Below, one piece after another: positions 9,086-16,478 of a stretch of DNA of 32,000 bases; the stretch's first letter is position 1, and each line of letters starts with the position of its first letter. Source of the DNA: Bacteroides thetaiotaomicron VPI-5482 (GTDB lineage Bacteria; Bacteroidota; Bacteroidia; Bacteroidales; Bacteroidaceae); NCBI RefSeq assembly GCF_000011065.1, contig NC_004663.1, forward strand, positions 2,877,412 to 2,909,411. Direction: 5' to 3'. The notes beneath the pieces are model-generated. The model was not told the origin of the DNA. It saw nothing but the letters and a program-made list of their open reading frames with translations, and searched no databases. The position numbers and the translations under genes were made by a program.

Positions 9086-9541
9086 TCAGCCATCCTGTTT
9101 CCCACTGTCGGAACCCATACGTACCAATTCCATCATAACATATAACTTGGTTTCCCGGATCGTGATGAAATTCATGTATTTGAAAATTCCGGCATCCCGT
9201 TTCTGAACGGTCGCCCGCAAAGGGGAAGTCTCATCGCCCGACTCCTTGATCACGCTCTTCAACAGCTTCAGCAACTGATTCCCCCTCTCCCTATCGGGAG
9301 TGGCATAATAATTATCAATTTTATAACCACCATCGAGTTTTCTCTCAACAGGCATGAAAGCCACTACCTGGTCTTCATGGTAGAGAACATGCCAGGTAAA
9401 CATCCGGGAGGATTTATAAGGGTAGTTGTTATTCTCCCGCAGACATGCAGGACTAAGTACAAAGTGCCCTACGGCCAGATAAAGTTCGGGAGATTTTCCC
9501 TCAAATATTCGTACCTTCAGTTTCATAGGCATACATTTCAT
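9086..9541 (-). CDS. Hypothetical protein, possibly GNAT-like fold
   Basis: 151-aa ORF packed 14 nt after the RT stop and 6 nt before the next start. The weak resemblance to GNAT motif A (ATPDRERGNQLLKLLKSVIKE) is by eye only. Confidence 0.45.
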   Translation of the reverse strand: MKCMPMKLKVRIFEGKSPELYLAVGHFVLSPACLRENNNYPYKSSRMFTWHVLYHEDQVVAFMPVERKLDGGYKIDNYYATPDRERGNQLLKLLKSVIKESGDETSPLRATVQKRDAGIFKYMNFITIRETKLYVMMELVRMGSDSGKQDG

Positions 9542-9555
9542 ACATATACTGGTGC

Positions 9556-10740
9556 TTATTTACTATTCCTGTCCCCGCTATCTTCACGATGTACGCTATT
9601 ATCCATAATCCGCCCCCCGGTTTCAGGAAAAGTTTCGGGTTCTTTTCCTCTCCCGTACGTATCTTTTATAGGGATCAGAAAACGACTCCTAATACCGGCT
9701 TTTCTATAACCTCCCGTAAAATAGAAATATTCTTTCAAAGGTGAATTACGCAAGAACCTATCCAGCAGAGCGTATGATCTGAAATGCTTCAAATGCCCCT
9801 GGTAGGAGTTTAGCACAGCCAACATCTTTCGCAGTCTTTCCGGAGCGGGTTTTCCTTTGGAACTCTCTTTTTCCAGCCTGTGTACCGCTTCCCGAAAAAA
9901 TCCTGCGGTACGTTTTGACGGATATTTCCTGTACGGTCTCACATACGCTCCCAGAAAAGCCGCACCACGACTGTAATGCTGCAATTCGATTTTATCCGGA
10001 TGCAACTCCAACTCCAATTCTTCCTTCAAGAATTCCCGTATCCATGGAATCAGTTCCTTTAGATAGCGTTTGCTTGGATGGACAATAAAAAAATCATCCA
10101 CATAACGCCCGTAATGTTTACAGCGTAAAACACGCTTCACATATCCATCCAACTCCCCCAAATAGATGTTACTGAACAGCTGGGATGTCAAATCTCCTAT
10201 GGGAAGTCCCACACCTTCCGGAGAATTGAACAAACTTTTCGTGGGTGGAAGTCCTTCCCAATCTTCCGCGCTACCCCGTATCCGGCAATCCCGCTGGGGA
10301 TTTCTGAATATAATCTGTCTTAGCAGGAAATCTATCAGTTCCATATCCGGGCATTCTTTTTGTTTCCGGCTTCTTCTATATCGTTCCAGTCCCTTGCAGA
10401 TAAGATCGTACAGACGATCCTTCCTGATACTCATGAAATACCCCCTTAAGTCCAGTTTTAATATATAGGCACTATAACGATAATTTTGCGTACAACTGCG
10501 TATGTGGTGTTCCAGGCGTGCTATTCCCTGACTTGTCCCCTTTCCTCGGCGACATGAATAACTGTCAAAAATCATTCTGCCCTCAAACATAGGAGAAATA
10601 TAATTATACAACAGATGATGCACTACCCTGTCCCTGAAATCCGAGGCAAAAATTTCTCGCTTCACTGGCCTGTTAACCACGAAACATACCCCAGGTGAAG
10701 GAGTGTAGTTCCTATCCCTTATCTGTTCATACAACTCCAT
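9556..10740 (-). CDS. Diversity-generating retroelement reverse transcriptase
   Basis: 394 aa. The catalytic box is YVDDFFIV. The DGR-diagnostic LPIGDLTSQLFSN replaces the QGxxxSP of retron and group II RTs. The N-terminus has DRVVHHLL...DSYSCRRGKG. A template repeat lies 175 nt upstream. Confidence 0.93.
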   Translation of the reverse strand: MELYEQIRDRNYTPSPGVCFVVNRPVKREIFASDFRDRVVHHLLYNYISPMFEGRMIFDSYSCRRGKGTSQGIARLEHHIRSCTQNYRYSAYILKLDLRGYFMSIRKDRLYDLICKGLERYRRSRKQKECPDMELIDFLLRQIIFRNPQRDCRIRGSAEDWEGLPPTKSLFNSPEGVGLPIGDLTSQLFSNIYLGELDGYVKRVLRCKHYGRYVDDFFIVHPSKRYLKELIPWIREFLKEELELELHPDKIELQHYSRGAAFLGAYVRPYRKYPSKRTAGFFREAVHRLEKESSKGKPAPERLRKMLAVLNSYQGHLKHFRSYALLDRFLRNSPLKEYFYFTGGYRKAGIRSRFLIPIKDTYGRGKEPETFPETGGRIMDNSVHREDSGDRNSK

Positions 10741-10914
10741 AAGATTATGTTCCAGATCAATCTCAAACGCAAGCTGGCTCGCAGTATTTCTCTTTTCTTC
10801 TTCCTCGCCTCGTAATAGGCATGAAAAAGATCCGTAAGCAAATCCTGTCTCTTATAACATTCAGCCATTTCTGTAATTTACATTCAAAGGATTCCCTGCC
10901 TCGTACAAGGATAA

Positions 10915-11104
10915 ATTCTTGGGAAGAACGCACCCCAAACCCGTACGCCCGATTGTTGTTGTTCAACGGGTTCACGTTCGACGAGTTGAAGTTCAGGTTG
11001 CGACCGTTGTTCTGGTTGTTCGGAACCGCCGACCAACAGTAGCCGTAGCTGCCAACGTTGTTCGCCCCGCCATTGGAATAGTTGCGATACCCCGACGCAG
11101 GGAA
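10915..11104 (-). repeat. DGR template repeat (TR)
   Basis: It aligns without gaps to 12325-12514 at a constant offset of 1410. The coding-sense frame is Asn/AAC-rich (..PNNQNNGRNLNFNSSNVNPLNNNNRAYGFG..). 26 of 30 mismatches fall on TR adenines (T on the + strand). Confidence 0.9.
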
Positions 11105-11337
11105 ATATAACCACTTATTGTATATATCGGAGGACCTTTCGGAACCCCGATATAAAACTGTCCATTACTGCCCGCAACATGGCTTCGGATACATCTATCC
11201 GCCATGACCGTTTTTACACGGACAGTGGGTTACTGAATTTATCTGGCACTCTCTCGCAAGTCTTGGCTATACGAAATGCTGGCCTTATCCTGTTTTGTGT
11301 AGGCAAAGGAATCCTTTTTATTTATATCTTTTCTTGT

Positions 11338-11709
11338 TTATATTTTTTCTTGACTCTTTGCGTCCTGTCTCCGTGCATAATCATGCCAAGCCGACAATTG
11401 CTTCGACAGCAACTCCACCTGTTGGGCAAACGCCGCATACTGCTTCACACTGATATGCCGCATATCTTGCAACAGTCTTAAACGGACCTTGACTCCTACA
11501 ACCAGATCTCTTGCCCGTTCAATATACGGAAGTTTTCCAGTCGTAGCATTAGCCCTGTATATCATTACCATAATCTCGGTCAGATCCTTTTTCAACACCT
11601 CCACCAGTGTATATTTCACATCTCGGGGAATCTTTCCCGTCTTCTCATACACACTCCTTAACAAGTCATATGCAGCCTTATACACAGGCAAATTATCATA
11701 AACTGCCAC
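11338..11709 (-). CDS. avd: Avd-like accessory variability determinant (four-helix-bundle / 23S rRNA intervening-sequence protein family)
   Basis: 123 aa and predicted helical. The N-terminus YDNLPVYKAAYDLLRSVYEKTGKIPRDVKYTL is typical of this family. It sits between the target gene and the TR. Confidence 0.8.
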   Translation of the reverse strand: MAVYDNLPVYKAAYDLLRSVYEKTGKIPRDVKYTLVEVLKKDLTEIMVMIYRANATTGKLPYIERARDLVVGVKVRLRLLQDMRHISVKQYAAFAQQVELLSKQLSAWHDYARRQDAKSQEKI

Positions 11710-11726
11710 TTCTCATTCATTGTATA

Positions 11727-12209
11727 TTAGAGCATCTTTTTCAACTCATTTACAAATAACATACAATCCATCGGAGTACTTTCCGCCAGATTGAACATCC
11801 GGATTCGCATGATTAACTCTCCATGCGGAATATTACTCCGTGACAGATTCTGCACACACGCATCTCTCCTCCCTACAACTGAATGCTCCGATGAAAGTTC
11901 CTGTTTCCATTCTTCAAACCTCTGTCCGTCTATAGGTTTTAACGTTCGCAACACAAGACGGTCAGGCATAGTCTCCATATGCTCCAAAGAACCTATATAC
12001 TTTTGTTCATGCTTACATGGAAATCCCACTGAAACTATCTCACCGCCACCGAGTGACTTTAACCTTCTTTTTATAGCCTTCAAAGGCTTGATCTGCGTAC
12101 AGACAGCGTAAGCAGACTTTTCATAAGCTTTCCAGAAAAGCCCCTCACGATAAAGAATGATACTTCCGTTATTACCTGCTTCAGCTTCTATAAAATCCTT
12201 GCTGGTCAT
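11727..12209 (-). CDS. DGR-linked accessory protein with MutS domain-I-like N-terminus (MSL-like)
   Basis: 160 aa. GSIILYREGLFWKAYEKSAYAVC...GGGEIVSVGFPCKHEQKYI resembles the MutS mismatch-binding domain pattern (LFYRMGDFYE...PMAGVP). It lies 17 nt upstream of avd. Confidence 0.5.
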   Translation of the reverse strand: MTSKDFIEAEAGNNGSIILYREGLFWKAYEKSAYAVCTQIKPLKAIKRRLKSLGGGEIVSVGFPCKHEQKYIGSLEHMETMPDRLVLRTLKPIDGQRFEEWKQELSSEHSVVGRRDACVQNLSRSNIPHGELIMRIRMFNLAESTPMDCMLFVNELKKML

Positions 12210-12240
12210 AATTATTTAATTTTAATATCTATAAAAATCG

Positions 12241-12284
12241 ACCGGCTTCGCCGGTACTATCCCTACGGCCTTAAAGCCGTAGGG
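12241..12284 (-). promoter_or_regulatory. Two hairpins immediately 3' of the VR (candidate DGR target-recognition structure and/or terminator)
   Basis: accggc-ttc-gccggt (12241-12255) and a 9-bp stem ccctacggc / gccgtaggg with a 6-nt loop (12261-12284). The second ends 40 nt from the VR/stop codon. Confidence 0.5.
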
Positions 12285-12322
12285 AAAATAATCCAATGAA
12301 ACGGATACGGTCGCTACGCTCC

Positions 12323-14989
12323 CTATTCTTGGGAAGAACGCAACCCAAACCCGCACGCCCGAGAGTAGTAGAGCAACGGGTACACGGACGACGAGGAGAA
12401 GTCCAGGGTGCAACCGTGGTACTGGCTGTACGGAACCGCCGACCAACAGACGCCGTAGAAGCCAACGCTGTTCGCCCCGCCACCGGAACAGTCGCGAGAC
12501 CCCGACGCAGGGAAGAAGTTGGGTTTACTCTTTGAGGGATCAGTGTAGAAATTCCATCCCTTCGAGGAGTCGTCCCACGTTCCGTTGATTTCAGAAGGAT
12601 TATCTGTATTGCCTCCGGTTGTTGTGAATCCAGTGAAAACATTACTGGGAGGAAGTTTGAAGCCCACAGGAGAGGGATCATAGACCGTTTTTACAACAGA
12701 ATTGTCATTGGCGGTATAAACATTGTTATCGGCACTCCATAGATTTGCATATGTACAATCGCCATAATCTGGACTCTGCATCACATCCGGTTTGAGAATA
12801 TAATTCGTGATACAAGGGGCGCCGATAGAAAAGTCCTCCGTTTTAGGACTTCCCGTGTGAGCATTGCCGTCTTTGTCGTACCAGGTTTTATTGATATCGC
12901 GTAATCCATTCGAAGGCAGGAAAGGATCCTTGCGTCCCCATTGATAGTAAGGATGATTACCACCGACAACGATTGATTTAGAGGCCTGTCTGATAGTTAT
13001 TGTCTGACTCTCTCCTCCGGCTGTGAACTTGACCTTGCAACTACGCTCTGCATAATTCGTGGTACTTCCATCGCACCAGCCGAGATTGACAGACATCAAT
13101 TTATACTTCTTACCCTGGAAATTGGTAATTTCAATGGCATTATTGATATCTTCATCGGTAACCCAGATATGCCAGGACCACAGGACATTGTCGCCGGCAT
13201 CCTTGATGGCAATGATGGCATTACCCTGTCGGATGGTATTCTTGTCCACCGTGAAAGATATATTGCCGTTGCCCGTATTGTTGTATTTTATATCGGTAAC
13301 CAAATTCGGTGCGTCCTGCCATACCAGTTCTGCTTTAGCAGGCGTGCAGTCAGCGTTGTTGCGTATATAGGGGTCAGTGATCGCGTTACCAGCATGGTTG
13401 ATGAAATGACTCAGAATAGTGGTTCCGTACGGATCCGTACCGGACGGAGCCGTAGAGGTATATGCGGACGTATTGGTCGTACCACCTTTGATGGCATTTC
13501 CATATACCAGAGGGAAAGAGTAATATCCCGGAGCACCGACAACGTAGCAGTTGGCGGTGTTTTCATCCACTGTGCCACCATTAGTCTGGTTGGCAAGATT
13601 ATATGGGACAGTTTCAGTACCTTTGACCGAAGCATTCTGTAGAGCAGCCGTATGTTGAGGATTAGCCTCTACGCCAGTCTGTGCGATGACAGTTGCATTG
13701 TATGATTGTGGAGTATCTCCACCATTTCCGGATACGGTAAACGCATCCAGCCAGCCGGGTCTGGTATTGCTCCATGATGCCCCGCCATCTTCTGAATATT
13801 GTGCGGTCCATGTGACAGCCTCTTTAACCCCTTTGGTGTTCTGCCGGTAACTGGTCACATTGTATTGCTGCGTACCGCCTTCATAGGTAAAGTCGGCCGG
13901 GGAGGTAACGGCAAGTGTGTAGGTCCAGTTTATGGAACTGCTGGAAATCTTATAAGTGACGGTCTTGCCAACAGGCCAGACCGTGCCTTTGAGATCGGCA
14001 GTCAGCGTGTGGTCCATGCTGGAGTTATCAGTGAATACGACTTCAAGTTGCGCGCCGTCGGGAAGGGTCTGCGGAACCATCATGAAGGTCTGCGCATCGA
14101 CAGTAAGGGGTTCGTCCGGGATTCCCGTAATGGATCTGTCCAATGTCTGCGGGAAAGTGGCGGGAGTACCTACACCGCTCCATGTCTGCGTTCCCATGTT
14201 GTAGGCCCCACTGGAATATACATTTTTCAAACTGACGCTCTTTACGGTACCTCCCTGCATGTCAGCTCCGCACACGAACCTGATGGCGGTCAGGGCATGC
14301 CTGAAGGTGAGCGGCACGGCAGCGTTGGTGTTCCCGTCCAGTTCATCCGTCTTTGCCACGAGAAGGTCTTCCTGCTCATTGACATCGACCGGAACGGTCA
14401 CACTGATGACAGGAGAACCGGCATATGCGCTGCCGGAAAGCACATAATGCCCGTTGTCTTTCGGAGCGTATGCGAAGAACCTCATTTTGTATGAAGCCCC
14501 GGGCCAATAATAGGCGGAGGAAAGGACATAGTCACTGCCGGACTTGCTGGCAGTGGCATTATAGAAGTAGTCGGGGGTTCTGCTTTCGCTCCACGAACCG
14601 GTGTAGGAGTAAGCGGAGACACCGAAACTGTTGTACATATTGTCATTCTTGATGGGAGTGGCACGGGTAAGAGCTGCCGTGTCCGGACGATCGTCCGAAG
14701 AGGGTGAAGCAATGCTGTCTGTGTAAAGCGTGTGCAGGTAAAGAGGAGTGCTGCCTCCCTGCAGGGCGATGACAGTACCTTGCGGAACATCAGCATCGGT
14801 AGTGGAACGGGTTGACGGAGTCCAGGAGGAGCTGATCTCGGAGGTGAAAGATACATGCGGGGAAAGTGAAGGACGATCCATGTCATCCTCACAAGAGAAA
14901 AGGCAAATACTGCCCGAAACAAGCGCCGAAAACAGATGACGCCAAAAGGCGTACCTGCCGGGAAATGATGTAAAACGGGAAAATTTCAT
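12323..14989 (-). CDS. DGR target: large fimbrillin-operon lipoprotein with a C-terminal variable lectin-fold-like domain (candidate pilus tip adhesin)
   Basis: 888 aa. Signal peptide plus lipobox (SICLFSCEDD). The C-terminal region has YYQWGRKDPF and GVCWSA motifs. Its last ~63 codons are the VR. It is the last gene of the fimbrial-type operon. Confidence 0.88.
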   Translation of the reverse strand: MKFSRFTSFPGRYAFWRHLFSALVSGSICLFSCEDDMDRPSLSPHVSFTSEISSSWTPSTRSTTDADVPQGTVIALQGGSTPLYLHTLYTDSIASPSSDDRPDTAALTRATPIKNDNMYNSFGVSAYSYTGSWSESRTPDYFYNATASKSGSDYVLSSAYYWPGASYKMRFFAYAPKDNGHYVLSGSAYAGSPVISVTVPVDVNEQEDLLVAKTDELDGNTNAAVPLTFRHALTAIRFVCGADMQGGTVKSVSLKNVYSSGAYNMGTQTWSGVGTPATFPQTLDRSITGIPDEPLTVDAQTFMMVPQTLPDGAQLEVVFTDNSSMDHTLTADLKGTVWPVGKTVTYKISSSSINWTYTLAVTSPADFTYEGGTQQYNVTSYRQNTKGVKEAVTWTAQYSEDGGASWSNTRPGWLDAFTVSGNGGDTPQSYNATVIAQTGVEANPQHTAALQNASVKGTETVPYNLANQTNGGTVDENTANCYVVGAPGYYSFPLVYGNAIKGGTTNTSAYTSTAPSGTDPYGTTILSHFINHAGNAITDPYIRNNADCTPAKAELVWQDAPNLVTDIKYNNTGNGNISFTVDKNTIRQGNAIIAIKDAGDNVLWSWHIWVTDEDINNAIEITNFQGKKYKLMSVNLGWCDGSTTNYAERSCKVKFTAGGESQTITIRQASKSIVVGGNHPYYQWGRKDPFLPSNGLRDINKTWYDKDGNAHTGSPKTEDFSIGAPCITNYILKPDVMQSPDYGDCTYANLWSADNNVYTANDNSVVKTVYDPSPVGFKLPPSNVFTGFTTTGGNTDNPSEINGTWDDSSKGWNFYTDPSKSKPNFFPASGSRDCSGGGANSVGFYGVCWSAVPYSQYHGCTLDFSSSSVYPLLYYSRACGFGLRSSQE
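12325..12514 (-). repeat. DGR variable repeat (VR), 3' end of the target gene
   Basis: 190 bp homologous to the TR, with mismatches concentrated at TR-adenine positions. It encodes FPASGSRDCSGGGANSVGFYGVCWSAVPYSQYHGCTLDFSSSSVYPLLYYSRACGFGLRSSQE and ends at the stop codon. Confidence 0.9.
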
Positions 14990-15236
14990 ATCTGTTACTT
15001 TAATGAATTAATCGTACCGGTAATAAAAATCATACAAACGTTAAAAAAGGATTTCCGACATGGATACCCCTTGAAAGAAAATGTCCGGAATACCTCTGGT
15101 AAAAAGTGCCTGGAAAGGAACAGACAGGGCGAAGATAGTAAAATCCGGCCCTGTCCCTCGCGGGGTAATGCAAGTCCAATCCCGTCCAGGCTGATTGTTA
15201 AATTACAATCAAAAATGAAACAAAATACTTTAGATT

Positions 15237-16385
15237 TTACATCGCGACATCTACTGGCTGGTCGGTCCACTCGTCAACAGTTACAGTAAACTTGATGGGG
15301 TTGCCCAGAACAGGATCACCACCGTTACCACCGGGTACCGGATCCGGATCAATGGTCGGATCGGTGGGATTCGTCGGATCAGTGGGGTTCGGATCAATCT
15401 CACCAGTACCACCGCCGTTGCCGCAGAAGTTCAGCGTGTAGGTATATTTCTTACCAGGTTCCCAGTTGGTGTTGATACCTACGGCAGAGAATGCGTATTT
15501 GCCGTCCTTGGCATCACCTGCTGCCGGTTGCGGGTAAAGCAGTATTTCATTGGCGCCGTCCAGGCTGTATATGCGACAGAGCACGGACAGGTAAGCACCA
15601 GTAGTTGCAGTAGTACCGTCCCATGCCGTTAGCTGCTGTGGAATAAGCATGAAGTTGTCGTCACCGAACATGATGCGTTGGGCATCAGCTGTCAGGATGA
15701 CGGGCGCCCCACCCTTGATCATGTAGGCCTTTGTAGGATCGTCTTTTTCACTCCAGTTAGACCATTGGCTTTGCTGCAGGACATAGCTGGACTTGGTTTC
15801 CGTTTCCGGAAAGGCAAACTCGGCCTTTGCGGCGGCATTCACCAGTTTAACGCCCATGATCTCAATCTTTATCTTGTCATTGGAACATTTGGCCTTGACC
15901 TCGATCTGGGAGAGGGCGTGCTTGAAGTTCATGGCAACACCGGGACCCTCGTTGACAGCCTTAGTTCCCGTATTGTAAGAGATCACAAGATCCTTTTGAT
16001 CTGCAACGGCCTGTGCGGGAGAGAAACCGGTTATCTTCTTTGACGCATTGTCTATACTCACTGTGCCGGCGGGAGCTTGGGGAGCATAGGCGAAGAAGGC
16101 AAGCTCATAACCCGGCCAGTAGTAAGTGGAAGCGGTTGTCCAGTTTACACCGTTATCAGCAGAACTGACACCCAGGTCCGTGAAATAATTCTTGCCATCA
16201 CCGATGGCGGTCACATTGAATGCCGCCAGATTCTGCAGGCTTGTTACATTGGTACGGGTAACGGCCCTGTCCAAAGAAGCACGGAAGGAAATGCCACCGC
16301 CATTGTTCACGTCAACGACATCATCGTTGGAACAAGAGGCCAACGCTGTTACAGCCATAGCTGCGAATAAAAGATTCTTTTTCAT
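15237..16385 (-). CDS. Fimbrillin-family lipoprotein (type V pilus stalk-like subunit)
   Basis: MKKNLLFAAMAVTALASCSNDD lipoprotein signal (ORF-track start 16397; ATG at 16385 preferred). It has a Pro/Thr/Asp linker and the C-terminal motif TVDEWTDQPVDVAM, which is shared with the upstream gene. Confidence 0.75.
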   Translation of the reverse strand: MKKNLLFAAMAVTALASCSNDDVVDVNNGGGISFRASLDRAVTRTNVTSLQNLAAFNVTAIGDGKNYFTDLGVSSADNGVNWTTASTYYWPGYELAFFAYAPQAPAGTVSIDNASKKITGFSPAQAVADQKDLVISYNTGTKAVNEGPGVAMNFKHALSQIEVKAKCSNDKIKIEIMGVKLVNAAAKAEFAFPETETKSSYVLQQSQWSNWSEKDDPTKAYMIKGGAPVILTADAQRIMFGDDNFMLIPQQLTAWDGTTATTGAYLSVLCRIYSLDGANEILLYPQPAAGDAKDGKYAFSAVGINTNWEPGKKYTYTLNFCGNGGGTGEIDPNPTDPTNPTDPTIDPDPVPGGNGGDPVLGNPIKFTVTVDEWTDQPVDVAM

Positions 16386-16478
16386 ACAGTAAAACATTAA
16401 AATTAAAAATATATTAAACAGATAAACTATTCATTCTTTACCTCCGTATCGTGAGGCATGGAGAGCACGGTCCGCAAA

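Noticed and set aside
9556-10740. RT interpreted as a retron, group II intron or defence-associated RT
   Set aside because: The IGxxxSQ signature replaces QGxxxSP, and I saw no maturase/X-domain tail or intron RNA structures. A TR/VR pair with adenine-specific mismatches plus an Avd-like gene is present, so it is a DGR.
10807-10905. 8-bp direct repeat gcctcgta (10807-10814 and 10898-10905) in the TR-RT spacer
   Set aside because: An 8-mer recurring once within about 175 nt is close to chance expectation. I cannot assign it any function without comparative data.
10763-11205. Short ORFs (63-76 aa) across the template repeat, including MNPLNNNNRAYGFGVRSSQEF...
   Set aside because: They are the TR read in the frames of the VR. 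A TR is a non-coding template, and these ORFs have no independent start context.
12222-12681. Alternative-frame ORFs overlapping the VR (74, 79 and 136 aa)
   Set aside because: They sit inside or antisense to the 3' end of the 888-aa target gene, whose frame is supported by the TR/VR codon alignment.
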